DNA of 64,000 bases. Source: a virus. Its lineage: Duplodnaviria > Caudoviricetes. A model generated the notes under the pieces. The model was not told where the DNA came from. It did no database searches and saw only the letters and a program-made list of their open reading frames with translations. This document shows, piece by piece, positions 25,945 through 36,831 of this stretch; within the stretch, counting starts at the first letter, position 1, and every line of letters starts with the position of its first letter. The DNA lies in the IMG/VR virus record IMGVR_UViG_3300042691_038096, positions 999 through 64,998 of that record; one strand, given 5' to 3'. The translations under genes and the position numbers were made by a program.

Positions 25945-27243
25945 ATGTATTCCAACGAACAACTTAATGCAATTTACTCTTCAAAAATAGGGTTTGAATT
26001 TGAATTCTTTGCTAATGAAGATATTCAAAAAGCAAAAGAAAGTGTTGCAAATGCTCTTAATAAGAAGGTTAGGATAGAGGAAAAAGCTCATAGCGATTTT
26101 GCTCCAACTGCTGATGTTTTTAAGATGGAACCTGATAATTCAGGTGGAACCGGCATGATAGAACTCGTGACCGGTTCTTTACCTTTTGTTGAGTCTAAAC
26201 TTATCTTAGCAAAAATGCTAAAGTGGATAAGAGAAAATGGCTCAACTAATGATAGATGTTCAATTCACGTTAACATTTCATTTGATGGTAAAAAGTTAGG
26301 ACCTACTGCAAATATGACAAAACTTGATATTGGCAAGTTTGTTCTTAACTTTGATGAAGATAAAGTATATGAAGCTTTTCCTAATAGAAAGGATTCTGTT
26401 TATGCTAAGTCTATTAAGTTTATAGTACCTCTTAGTGGTATGACACAGCCTTCGCCTGAAAGAGCTCTTTGGAAAAACTATATGTTTGTAAATGAAAAAT
26501 ATTATGGCATAAATTTTACAAAGATTCCTAAAGGCTATATTGAATTTCGTTACCTTGGTGGAGCAGACTATGAAAAGAAGTATTCTACTATTTTATCAAT
26601 GATGGAACATTTTATTACTTCACTATATGAAACTCTTGATAACCCAGGGTACAGCCCAGAAGATATTAAAAGATTAAACCTGGTTTTAGAAAAGCATAGA
26701 GGGGTTGTTCAATCATATAAGACCTATGAAAAGTTTAAGGAAGTATATCCTAACATAACATTATTGGTTGATCTTCAGTCTTCTAAGCAAATAGTTCAAA
26801 TGTACTATCCAAAGATAAGAGATAAGGTTTTTGAATTGTTGACTAAAGCTGATATGGATAGCGGCCTAATTAATTATGATTCTGATACAGGAAAGATGCA
26901 AATTAAAGATGCCGATCTTAAAAGATGTTTTGAGATCACCGGTGTTGATATTGTAGAATGTAAAGTAAAAGGAAACATAAAAGGCTGCGATATCTTTGAC
27001 TCTGAAATACATGATGCTTCTCTATTTGAATCAAATGTATTTGGTGGAAGTACCGTTACTGGTTGTAAAGTTGAGGATTCATATGTTAGTAGAAATGTAA
27101 TTGTTGATAACTGCTATGTGTTTGGTCATAGAGGAGTATTTAGCGGTGAAATGGTTGGTGGTATCTTTAGACAAGGTAGAGCCACAAAGTTTGCTTCCTT
27201 TTCTGAATCAACTGAGGTAATTGAAGTTGAAAAAATTGATTAA
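25945..27243 (+). CDS. putative amidoligase (COOH-NH2 ligase) with C-terminal beta-helical repeats
   Basis: IGFEFEF, PDNS..IELVT, CSIHVN, KYYGIN, YIEFR. Confidence 0.78.
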   Translation: MYSNEQLNAIYSSKIGFEFEFFANEDIQKAKESVANALNKKVRIEEKAHSDFAPTADVFKMEPDNSGGTGMIELVTGSLPFVESKLILAKMLKWIRENGSTNDRCSIHVNISFDGKKLGPTANMTKLDIGKFVLNFDEDKVYEAFPNRKDSVYAKSIKFIVPLSGMTQPSPERALWKNYMFVNEKYYGINFTKIPKGYIEFRYLGGADYEKKYSTILSMMEHFITSLYETLDNPGYSPEDIKRLNLVLEKHRGVVQSYKTYEKFKEVYPNITLLVDLQSSKQIVQMYYPKIRDKVFELLTKADMDSGLINYDSDTGKMQIKDADLKRCFEITGVDIVECKVKGNIKGCDIFDSEIHDASLFESNVFGGSTVTGCKVEDSYVSRNVIVDNCYVFGHRGVFSGEMVGGIFRQGRATKFASFSESTEVIEVEKID

Positions 27244-27248
27244 AGAAT

Positions 27249-28091
27249 ATGTCTTACGTAAATTGTTCTGACCCGCATACACAGGCCTGTTTAGACGCAT
27301 TAATTAAAGAAATTAATGATGATCTAACTATAGGCTGTCAAATACCCTTTACAGTTCCTAAGAATGAACTGGCCAGAATTATCAATCGTGCAAAAGATTA
27401 CTTTTATAAAATATATGAAGACAGTGTAGAGGAAATGTATATTGCTTTACCTGCTACTGCATGGCAAAAAAGAGATTTTAATAAAGGCATTGATGACTCA
27501 AGCGATACTTTATCAAGTGCTAATGTAAATAGTACAAGAGGTATTGTACAAATGCCATCGACGGTATATTCAGTGAATAATGTTTTTGAATGGAACGGGT
27601 TTGGTGGAGAAGATGGTGGATTTGGAAATAACTCCTTTTCTGCAGGTGATATAGATTTTTCAATTGATAAGTTTATCTATTCTGATACTTATGGTGCTGG
27701 AATAGGCTCAGAGAATCTCATGTATTATGTTATTAATTCAAGCTTTATTGATACTGCACGCCAGGTATTACTTCCACAAATTTCATATTCATATAATAGG
27801 TTAACTCATAAGTTTAGATTCCAAGGAGAATTACCAACCCATGCATGTATATTCCAGGTATATAACACAATTCCTGATTGTGCTTTATATCAAGATGAAA
27901 TGTTTATTAGATATTGTATAGCCAAGGCAAAAATGCAATTAGCTAGAATATTAGGAACATTCTCATTTAATTTACCCGGTAACATTACTATAAACTATGA
28001 TATGATAGCATCAGAAGGTAAAGACGAAATAGATGCAATCATTGAAGAGATTAAAGGCGATGAAGGGGTTGACTACTTTTATACTGGCTAA
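27249..28091 (+). CDS. neck protein (T4 gp13-like)
   Basis: RYCIAKAKMQLARILG...LPGNITINY...EGKDEI. Confidence 0.8.
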   Translation: MSYVNCSDPHTQACLDALIKEINDDLTIGCQIPFTVPKNELARIINRAKDYFYKIYEDSVEEMYIALPATAWQKRDFNKGIDDSSDTLSSANVNSTRGIVQMPSTVYSVNNVFEWNGFGGEDGGFGNNSFSAGDIDFSIDKFIYSDTYGAGIGSENLMYYVINSSFIDTARQVLLPQISYSYNRLTHKFRFQGELPTHACIFQVYNTIPDCALYQDEMFIRYCIAKAKMQLARILGTFSFNLPGNITINYDMIASEGKDEIDAIIEEIKGDEGVDYFYTG

Positions 28092-28148
28092 TTTATATTA
28101 TAAGACCGGTAAATTTTTAAGAGAATATATATTAAAAGAATATTCTCT

Positions 28149-28511
28149 ATGATCAACGATATTTATAGTAGAGGCCCAGCCGAGAATAAGTATACGCCAA
28201 ATACTATTGACGTAACTGATGGCTTGTCTCAACTAATATTGAAAATAGAAAATGTTCTTTTTACAAGAAAGGGTGACGTTTTAGGTGTACCTGATTTTGG
28301 ATGTAATCTTGAAGATTTACTGTTTTCAATAGTTCTAAATGAAGCAGTAATTCAACAAAAGATTGCTGCTCAAATTCAGGCATATTGTTTACCCAATGAT
28401 AATATATATGGGATTGATGTTAGAGTATCTTTTTTTAATACCGAAGGCAGAAACGGTGCTCTTGTTGATATCTATATAAATGAACAAAGAGTAATTGGAG
28501 CACTTTTCTAA
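28149..28511 (+). CDS. baseplate wedge protein gp25-like
   Basis: LFTRKGDVLGVPDFGCNLEDLLF. Confidence 0.88.
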   Translation: MINDIYSRGPAENKYTPNTIDVTDGLSQLILKIENVLFTRKGDVLGVPDFGCNLEDLLFSIVLNEAVIQQKIAAQIQAYCLPNDNIYGIDVRVSFFNTEGRNGALVDIYINEQRVIGALF

Positions 28512-28525
28512 AAATAGTATAATAA

Positions 28526-30382
28526 ATGTCATTCTTTAGTAAAACGAGATTAAAGGCAAGCCAACTGTTCTATGATGCATTTGAATTTTTGCAAAGAACA
28601 TATGATCAGGCCGCTGAAGTTTTTACACCGGCTTCTCCATTCGGACAGCTACTAACAGTTGTTGCCAATTTAGGAGAACTGATTTTTTATTACATTGAAG
28701 CAGTTGCAACTGAACTTAATATTACTAGGGCTAGAAACATTGAATCAATTTATGGACTTTCTAGGTTAACTGGTCATGATCCTACTAGAGGAATATCTGC
28801 ACAGGGTGTTATTGGATTAAGACTTAATACTAAAGCAGGAAATCTATTCAGTGGTGATTATGTACAAATCTTAAACGGTGCTAAATTAGAAGTAGGACAA
28901 AATGGCTTGACATACTTTATCAAATTTGACAGTGATTACATAAGACTTGAAAAGACCAATAAGCAGTTTATCAATGTTGAATTAATCCAAGGAGAAATTG
29001 AAACTCAAACTTTTACTGGATCTGGTTTACCTTTACAAAGTTATAATTTAACCACAAAGGAACCTACCGACCAATACATGGTAACTGTAACCGTAGATGG
29101 GGAGATGTGGAAAAAGGTTGATTCATTATATGATATGGGTCCTGGGCGTAAAGACTTTATGTGCAAGACTAGTGTCAATGGTGGCTTAAGTATCTTTTTT
29201 GGAAATAATCAATTTGGATATTTACCTCCACTAGGTTCTATTATCACAGTAACATATGTTAAGACTAGAGGATCTGCTGGAAACATTGGTGGTAAAAATC
29301 TTGATATTAAATTTGTTGATCCTGGTACTGATTATTTAGGGCAAGAGGTTGATCTAAATGAAGTCTTATCTCTTAATATTGTAAGAAATCCTAATTTTGG
29401 TTCTAACAGTGAAGATCCTGCTTTTACTCGTCTTATTGCTCCATATCAGAGTAATTCATTTGTTTTAGCAAATCCTAATAATTACATTTACTATTTAAGT
29501 AAGTATGATTCATTTTCATTTGTAGATGCATATAATACTAAAGATGATAAATATGTAAGTGATGATAATGTCATTTACTTATTCTTAATTCCTGACATTA
29601 ATAAGAAGATCACTAGTGATAAGGATTACTTTAATGTTCCTCTTGAAGAGTTTACATTAACTGAGGATGAAAAGAATCAGGTATATGAAATCTTAAATAA
29701 GAGTGGCCGTCAGGTTGTTACCGCTGAGGTTAGAATAAATGATCCAATTGTTAAAAAGTATGCAATTAATATTGTAACCCGTTGGATAGAAGGATATGAT
29801 AAAGATCAATTGGTCACAGCAATTAGAAGTACATTAAATGATTACTTCTTAAAAGTAAACCGAAGAGATAGAATACCTAGATCTGATTTAATTTCATTAA
29901 TAGAAGATATTCCAGGAATTGATTCTGTTAATGTATTCTTTATCTCTGAAGAGAATGAAAATGCAATTAGAAACGGTTTCTATTTTGTTCCGGTTTATGG
30001 TGTTGATCCAGCAACCGATCAAAGAGTTCTGATTGAGAATAAGAAAATAGTTTTAATTGAAGGTGAAGATCCTCAGTTAGGATTGGATGAATTTGGAGAT
30101 ATTATTATAGGATCAGATGATATAGCTGTTATAAGAGGTGGATGGCAAGATCGTAATGGAACATATTTTGAAGAAACACCAGTTAAGAACGGAATTGGTT
30201 CTCTTAATGTATTCTTTAAGAATGTTACTGCTGCTAATCTTTATAATAAAACTCAGCAAGAAAGGTTTAATGAACTTAAGAGAAATAAGGGAACCACTAT
30301 TGCTACAAGTAATAATGCAAGAGCAACTAATACCGGTAGACTTTTAGATAACAGTACGCAGAAAGTAATTAAGAATTTATAA
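28526..30382 (+). CDS. baseplate wedge protein gp6 / baseplate J-like
   Basis: SPFGQLL...ARNIESIYGLS; IFFGNN..G..PPLGS..YVKTRGSAGN. Confidence 0.85.
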   Translation: MSFFSKTRLKASQLFYDAFEFLQRTYDQAAEVFTPASPFGQLLTVVANLGELIFYYIEAVATELNITRARNIESIYGLSRLTGHDPTRGISAQGVIGLRLNTKAGNLFSGDYVQILNGAKLEVGQNGLTYFIKFDSDYIRLEKTNKQFINVELIQGEIETQTFTGSGLPLQSYNLTTKEPTDQYMVTVTVDGEMWKKVDSLYDMGPGRKDFMCKTSVNGGLSIFFGNNQFGYLPPLGSIITVTYVKTRGSAGNIGGKNLDIKFVDPGTDYLGQEVDLNEVLSLNIVRNPNFGSNSEDPAFTRLIAPYQSNSFVLANPNNYIYYLSKYDSFSFVDAYNTKDDKYVSDDNVIYLFLIPDINKKITSDKDYFNVPLEEFTLTEDEKNQVYEILNKSGRQVVTAEVRINDPIVKKYAINIVTRWIEGYDKDQLVTAIRSTLNDYFLKVNRRDRIPRSDLISLIEDIPGIDSVNVFFISEENENAIRNGFYFVPVYGVDPATDQRVLIENKKIVLIEGEDPQLGLDEFGDIIIGSDDIAVIRGGWQDRNGTYFEETPVKNGIGSLNVFFKNVTAANLYNKTQQERFNELKRNKGTTIATSNNARATNTGRLLDNSTQKVIKNL

Positions 30383-30651
30383 TGAACGAGTTAACAGAAA
30401 GAAGAAGAGGTTTTGAAAGTCCGTATAAAACGGCATATGAGGAAGGCTGGGAATTAAAGAACACCGGCTTTGACTATAGCGAATCTTTGTTGGAGAAAAC
30501 CTTATCACCTTATATGTTTGGTAATGAAAGACTTGCAAACTTTATCATAGGACACTTAAACGGCATTATGGTTTTCTTTATTAATAAGGTTAAGTTTCTA
30601 AGAATCTATTACAATTTTGCAGTACCTAAAGACTATCAAAAAATAAATTAA
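30382..30651 (+). CDS. small baseplate-associated protein
   Basis: ORF track; position. Confidence 0.55.
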   Translation: MNELTERRRGFESPYKTAYEEGWELKNTGFDYSESLLEKTLSPYMFGNERLANFIIGHLNGIMVFFINKVKFLRIYYNFAVPKDYQKIN

Positions 30652-30652
30652 G

Positions 30653-33600
30653 ATGAATCGCTGGAGTCATATATACTTTTTTGATAAGAACGGCAAGTAT
30701 TATAATTTTGATTATGATCAAACTAATGATATTTGGACCGGCAATATTTACTTACCTGAAGTTTCTACTGGACTTTTTGAGGTAGGCCAATTGTTTATCT
30801 TACAGGAATTTATTGATGCTACCACCGGTCTTAAGAAATTTGGATATCCGCATTCATATGAACCTCATCCTATAACAGGGCAAACGGGTTTTACTGGGCA
30901 AGGAAACACTGGAACTTGTGATTGGTTAGCTGAATGGGAAACAACAGACCCTGAGGCAATCTTCTTATTTCAGTTTGATGAAAATTTTGTAACTGGTACA
31001 AATTCTGCATTAAGTATAGAAGTTGCAGGACCGCCATTGGTTAAGTATGATCAAATTGCTATTCCTTTAGATTATGATCCTCTGCAGACTGTTGATTCTG
31101 AAGACTATGTTGTAACAAATGACATTAGACCGCAGGTTCTTCAGATTAACTTTACTATAAACTCGGAGGAAGAAGATACTTTTAAAAGAACTCTAATCAT
31201 TAGAGATGAATGCACAGGTACTGATGTTGCAAAGATAACGGTATTTGGCGAGACAATCGGTGAAGATGAACGTCTTAGAACTATGACCGAAAACTTTGGT
31301 TATAACATTGCTCTTAATGATACACATATCTTTAGGGATACAAATATCTATGAACAAAAACCTGACTTTATTGAATTAAACCGAAAGAGAAAGGAGCTTA
31401 TGATGGAAGGTCATAACATTTATCCTTTTATTGGTTCTTACAAAGGTCTTATTAATGCAATTAACTTTTTTGGTTATAATAATCTACAGGTTAAAGAGTT
31501 CTGGAAAAACATTAATAAGTCTTCTCCTAGATATGGCAAGTATATTCAATCTAATGCTATAAACCTATTTGATCCTGAAGTTAATTATAATGATATGACA
31601 ATAACTCTTCCTAATAAAAACTTTAGGAAGACCAATATGTTTAGCTTAATCTATAAGATTAATCAGGTTAAGAATGGTTTTTATGATGAGGATGATCTTC
31701 CACAAACAGAAGAGGTATTTGACTATACCTTAGAGGAAGTACTTATTAAGCTATTTGGACTTAAGAGAAAATTAGAAAAAGAATTCTTACCTCTTAATGC
31801 TCATATTAAGGATATCACTGGTGAAGCTGACTTTTTTGGATTGGCTGAACTTACCAATACTATAAGCAGAAATGATAAAAGAAATATTGATGTAGGTATT
31901 GCTGCTAACTTTAAGGTTAGTCCTGAAGGATGTTCATATCTAGAGGATCTTAGAAGCTTTGCGGATTTTTGCTATCAGCAGGAAGGCATTGTTGGTCAAG
32001 CAATAGTTAACTTCTGTAATGCTTATGTAGCCCCACTCTTAGCATATAGTACCTCGGGTGGTGGATCTGGTAGTGGAGGAAGTAATATACAGACTTATAG
32101 AAACCTTGTAGTAGGACCATATAATCCTGGTGATCAATTACCTAGTCCTCCGATTGGACCTGATCCTAATAGTATTTTAGGTTCACCTTTTGGTGCTCAG
32201 ATTTTTTCTATTGCTGATATAGCCAATGTATATGCTTCATACTTTACTAGATATTCACCAAGTGCCAATAGTGTATTACCTGATAAACCTGATGTACCGG
32301 TAGGATCTTTAGTTGTATTAGAAAATACTTCATTTGGAAACTTAACATGGAATAACATTGATATGACATGGAACCAGGTTTCAAATGCAAATACATTTCA
32401 TACATTTGATTTTGATCCGCAGGGCGCAAATGTTGGAGATGAATTTAGAATATATGATCCTGTAACCGGATCACAGGCTTCATATGTAGTCCAACCTGGT
32501 GACACCGATAACACAGTAACAACTGCACTCTATAACCAATTAGTTGCATTAAAGAATAGTTTTGTATCTCCTTGGTTATTTTTTGATATTAGCCAAGTTA
32601 CATTAACCAGTGGAACTGCCATAAGACTTTATGGAAGTAATACGCAAAACATTCAAGTTGAAGTTATTCGTACCCCAGTTAGTGGAGCAGTATTCTTTAA
32701 GTTTGATAATCCTGGAGAAATCTTATACACTTGGAATAGCATACAGAGATCAAACTTTAGTGAAATTGAATGGACGGTTTATAAAGAAGAGACTGAGTCA
32801 TCTCCTGAATACTTCTTTACAATTAGAGGTCCTATCAATGTTTATAACAGCCTTCCTATAACATTACCTTATGTTGGTAGTTATAATGTTGAAATGAAAC
32901 TGTTTGATCTTTACAATAACATTTCTTCAATAATAAAAACTGATGTTATTGATATTTGTAGTAAGGAGGTTGAATATTCAGGTTGGTATCAGGCTAGAAA
33001 ATATGAATACACTTGGTTAACAGATGGTAAGTGGAAATGGAACGAATATGGTTCTACATGGAACCTTCCAATTGAGCCTAGCGTAACATGGGACGAAGAA
33101 ACTCCTAGTCTATATGATTCTCTTGATAGAGTTAATGCAATACTTAATAATTTTGGATTAGGTGTATCTCCTAACTTTAGACTATTAAATTACCAAGATA
33201 ATGGTAACACTAGTTTTGTAGGACCTTATTATTGGGATAACTTAACAAAAGGAAACTGGAATGATACCTATCATCTATGGTGGGATCTAACTTCAATTAC
33301 CGGTGATACTCCTGCATTCTTTCAATTTAAGGAAATATCAACTTTCTCATATCTTAGAATAGTTGATCGTAAAGGTGATATAGGTACTTTCTATTTTGAT
33401 CCAACTATTACAACATTATCTCAAGCAGCTGCTAAACTTAATTTAAGTAATGATCCTATAATTAATAAGTACATTTACAATGTTGTACTTGATGCAACAA
33501 ATAATGAGAAGTTTATACAGGCAGTTTCACGTTACTTTGGTAAGTATGGTGATTGGCAAGATGTTGATATCGTTGATGTAAATGGAAACAGGATATGTGC

Positions 33601-34009
33601 ATCGACCGGAAGTACACCTACTGGTGTTACTGGAAATACTGGTGTTACTGGAATAACCGGAAATACTGGTTCAACTGGAACTGGATGTGAAAGCTTAATC
33701 TATAGAAAAGGTTTACATAGATCAAGTAATCCTACATGGGATACTGCTAGATTTATTAATGAAGGAAAAACACTTCCTAAAATGACATGGCTCATGTTTG
33801 TATATGATAAATGTAAAATAAATGGAAAAGGCAAACCTAAATGGACAATACGAAATACTTCTAATCCTAACACACCTGATATATATTTTGAAAGCAAGTA
33901 CTTAACATACCTGTTTCAAGATCCCGGTAGATACGAGATAGGCTTAGAACTAACAGATTCTAATGGGAATAAATATAAAAAGGAAAGAAATATTCTAATC
34001 ATAAAATAA
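30653..34009 (+). CDS. large baseplate protein (gp7-like, PKD/Ig-like domains)
   Basis: GSYKGLINAINFFGY..LQVKEFW gp7-like motif; PG.Y.I.L PKD-like C-terminus. Confidence 0.65.
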   Translation: MNRWSHIYFFDKNGKYYNFDYDQTNDIWTGNIYLPEVSTGLFEVGQLFILQEFIDATTGLKKFGYPHSYEPHPITGQTGFTGQGNTGTCDWLAEWETTDPEAIFLFQFDENFVTGTNSALSIEVAGPPLVKYDQIAIPLDYDPLQTVDSEDYVVTNDIRPQVLQINFTINSEEEDTFKRTLIIRDECTGTDVAKITVFGETIGEDERLRTMTENFGYNIALNDTHIFRDTNIYEQKPDFIELNRKRKELMMEGHNIYPFIGSYKGLINAINFFGYNNLQVKEFWKNINKSSPRYGKYIQSNAINLFDPEVNYNDMTITLPNKNFRKTNMFSLIYKINQVKNGFYDEDDLPQTEEVFDYTLEEVLIKLFGLKRKLEKEFLPLNAHIKDITGEADFFGLAELTNTISRNDKRNIDVGIAANFKVSPEGCSYLEDLRSFADFCYQQEGIVGQAIVNFCNAYVAPLLAYSTSGGGSGSGGSNIQTYRNLVVGPYNPGDQLPSPPIGPDPNSILGSPFGAQIFSIADIANVYASYFTRYSPSANSVLPDKPDVPVGSLVVLENTSFGNLTWNNIDMTWNQVSNANTFHTFDFDPQGANVGDEFRIYDPVTGSQASYVVQPGDTDNTVTTALYNQLVALKNSFVSPWLFFDISQVTLTSGTAIRLYGSNTQNIQVEVIRTPVSGAVFFKFDNPGEILYTWNSIQRSNFSEIEWTVYKEETESSPEYFFTIRGPINVYNSLPITLPYVGSYNVEMKLFDLYNNISSIIKTDVIDICSKEVEYSGWYQARKYEYTWLTDGKWKWNEYGSTWNLPIEPSVTWDEETPSLYDSLDRVNAILNNFGLGVSPNFRLLNYQDNGNTSFVGPYYWDNLTKGNWNDTYHLWWDLTSITGDTPAFFQFKEISTFSYLRIVDRKGDIGTFYFDPTITTLSQAAAKLNLSNDPIINKYIYNVVLDATNNEKFIQAVSRYFGKYGDWQDVDIVDVNGNRICASTGSTPTGVTGNTGVTGITGNTGSTGTGCESLIYRKGLHRSSNPTWDTARFINEGKTLPKMTWLMFVYDKCKINGKGKPKWTIRNTSNPNTPDIYFESKYLTYLFQDPGRYEIGLELTDSNGNKYKKERNILIIK

Positions 34010-34018
34010 GAAAAAAAA

Positions 34019-34675
34019 ATGGCTATAAGCGTAACAGAAATTCTTGGAACCGATTCATTATCAGGATCAAGACTAGTTATTAATGATAACTTTAACATTC
34101 TTGCTAGCGAGATTAATGCGATGGAGGTTTACTTTAATCCAACCGCAGGAACATTAAATAACCTGGCTGATGTTAAGACAGAATCATTAAGAGTAGGTTT
34201 AAGTACAGTATTACTTGATATTAATGCTAGTACATTTAACATATTGACTCGAGTTAATATGAGCGGTAACCTTAACCTCAATGGTGCTGGGTTATTTAGA
34301 AATGATGTTGATCCACAAACACTTAATGATACTTTTTCTGGACCATCTCTAACAATTCAGGTTGGTACTAGTACAGCGATTCCACCTTACACTATTGAAA
34401 GAGTTGGTAATTCAAATACTGGATCTCCTCTTAACATTTTACTAAACGATGGTTCAATTGGTCAAGAAGTAATCTTTACTTATTCTGACTCTACAACCGG
34501 TTTAGTTTATATTAAGGGTGCAGTAAACCCACTTATTTTACCAGGTGCTACTACCCCAGCCCCAACTATTGAGTTAAGCGAGAAAGGTGAATCAGTACAT
34601 TTACTTTGTATTGATGATGGAACCGGTAACGGCGAATGGTATGTAATCGGTGGAACTGGATATACAATCCTTTAA
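34019..34675 (+). CDS. short fibre/baseplate protein
   Basis: N-terminal DSLSGSRLVINDNF (gp9/gp10-like attachment motif). Confidence 0.6.
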   Translation: MAISVTEILGTDSLSGSRLVINDNFNILASEINAMEVYFNPTAGTLNNLADVKTESLRVGLSTVLLDINASTFNILTRVNMSGNLNLNGAGLFRNDVDPQTLNDTFSGPSLTIQVGTSTAIPPYTIERVGNSNTGSPLNILLNDGSIGQEVIFTYSDSTTGLVYIKGAVNPLILPGATTPAPTIELSEKGESVHLLCIDDGTGNGEWYVIGGTGYTIL

Positions 34676-34695
34676 TAAAAACTAATAAGCTATAG

Positions 34696-36810
34696 ATGGC
34701 CACAACGCCTTTAATTAAAACGCCACAGGCAGACGGAGGAACTTTTTATACTTTCTCTTCAGCAGCAAGAGACCTCTCTAAGACTCTAAATAATGAGAAC
34801 CTTAGACTGGTCTTTTCTAAGTTTGCTCTACTTAATATTCCAGATTTTGATAGATTGGATCCTTCTACTTTTAGTAGTTATCAAAACTATATGCAATTTG
34901 ATACTATTGATGGTATGATCCAAAATGGCGGACTAAAAGGCGATCCTAATGTTAACTGGGCAGAGAGTTTCCAAAACTATGCACTTAACCTAGAGGAATT
35001 AATTTTAAGTAATTCAGGTTATGATAATACAGTTAGAAGAACCGTTACTGAGCGTGTGTTCTTTAAATGGCTTAAAGAAACTGGAGCAATTCGTTTTAGA
35101 ACTGCAACCGCACTTGAAAAAAGTGGTTCAGTTGCAGGAAACCTATTTGTTGAGGAAGATGAAATAACAACAGGTAATGTTCAATACAGAAGAGTTGTTA
35201 AATATCTTGGAGAGATTGATATTGTAAATAATGTTGATAAAGCAGGTGAAGCTTATACAGAACTTTACATAAATGTTCCAACTGAGGTTGGTGATACTCC
35301 TACTATTTTATTTGATTCTGTATCTGATGCTAATTATCAACCAAGTCTAAAGATTCAAGGTTCTAATGAATATATCTTAGGAAGAAATGTAAATACTATT
35401 CATCCTCAAGGTTTAGATATCTTTGCTTTTTATGATTATGATCAGGCCTTATTAGGCGGAGGACCTGCAGGTTATACCGATCCTAATGCAAACTGGATGA
35501 ATGAAACAACTCCACCAAGTACAACTGATGCGTACTTTACTGAGCCTACAACATTTACCAATCCAGGAAACATTGATATTAGAAAATATCCAGCCGACTA
35601 CGGAAGTCCTGCTGGGTTTAGTGGTTCTGCATATCGTAGAAGTAGACTTGATGGTATAAGTTTAGATTTTAATCCAACACATTACCAACAAATTGTAGAA
35701 GACCCTACAATTTCTTCCATTCCACAATTTAATGGCATTGATTTATCAAGCACATTTGAATTTAATGCAGTTCTTGTTTATTATGATTTAGTAGACTTAA
35801 GTAATTCTGCTAACACTGTTACTAACCTATATGGTATTTTGTTATTAGATAACATTACTCCAACGGTTGACGGTGGTTACATTCAAAGATATCCTAAATA
35901 CAAACCTAACAGGGTTACTGGTCAAAACGGTAACAGTTATGGCTTTAAGATTAATCTTAGATTTGATGCATCACCAGGTACTGCCGGAATTGATACTATA
36001 ATCAATGACTATAACACTTTCTCTATGGGTCTGTTTGTTGATGCTACTGCTCAACTTCAAGAATCTGCTAGAATATTCCAAAGACAGCAAATAGAATTAA
36101 GTTCATTAGAGCAAAGAGTACAAGGATTAGAAAATAGTATTGATGCAATATCAACTTCTAATTCATTACAAGCTCAAATTAATAGTTTACAACAGCAGTT
36201 TAATAATGCTTCTATTTCTATGGCAAATGGAAGTACATTATTGGATTTAATTGCAAAAAATGCAGATGAAATCCAATCATTAGCTAATGGTAATGTTTCA
36301 TCTACTTTACAATACAATACCGATGTATTAAGGGCTGGTCCTGGTATATCATTAAATAAGAACACACCTAATCAGGTTAGGGTTGATCAAGTCACTCAGC
36401 AATACATATTTATGATTCCGTTTGATGAAAACGGTAATGAGATTACTTCAACTAATCCTCTTGATCTAAATGTAATTTCGCCTAAAGTTTATACATCCTT
36501 AAACACGTTTACAAACATGTTAAGAGTAAGTACAGTAAATGCTGCTGGTGGAGATCTATTAATTTACATTGATGATTCTGACATTCAGTGGAAGACTGGG
36601 CAGGTTGTAAAACTTACATTTAACAATACATTAGATATCTCTTCAAAGAATATTAGAATTTACACAGATTCATTGAATAGGTTGAATCAAGGTGTCTATG
36701 GTGTAACTATTGGTGTAATTCCTAACAATGAAATTTCATCTAAACCTATCATTGAATTAATATGTACTGAACAAGGTGTACTTAATTTTGTGTATGACAT
36801 TATCAAATAA
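34696..36810 (+). CDS. virion structural protein
   Basis: Long ORF in the tail module; coiled coil. Confidence 0.6.
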   Translation: MATTPLIKTPQADGGTFYTFSSAARDLSKTLNNENLRLVFSKFALLNIPDFDRLDPSTFSSYQNYMQFDTIDGMIQNGGLKGDPNVNWAESFQNYALNLEELILSNSGYDNTVRRTVTERVFFKWLKETGAIRFRTATALEKSGSVAGNLFVEEDEITTGNVQYRRVVKYLGEIDIVNNVDKAGEAYTELYINVPTEVGDTPTILFDSVSDANYQPSLKIQGSNEYILGRNVNTIHPQGLDIFAFYDYDQALLGGGPAGYTDPNANWMNETTPPSTTDAYFTEPTTFTNPGNIDIRKYPADYGSPAGFSGSAYRRSRLDGISLDFNPTHYQQIVEDPTISSIPQFNGIDLSSTFEFNAVLVYYDLVDLSNSANTVTNLYGILLLDNITPTVDGGYIQRYPKYKPNRVTGQNGNSYGFKINLRFDASPGTAGIDTIINDYNTFSMGLFVDATAQLQESARIFQRQQIELSSLEQRVQGLENSIDAISTSNSLQAQINSLQQQFNNASISMANGSTLLDLIAKNADEIQSLANGNVSSTLQYNTDVLRAGPGISLNKNTPNQVRVDQVTQQYIFMIPFDENGNEITSTNPLDLNVISPKVYTSLNTFTNMLRVSTVNAAGGDLLIYIDDSDIQWKTGQVVKLTFNNTLDISSKNIRIYTDSLNRLNQGVYGVTIGVIPNNEISSKPIIELICTEQGVLNFVYDIIK

Positions 36811-36831
36811 ATAATAAAAGTATCTAATTAA

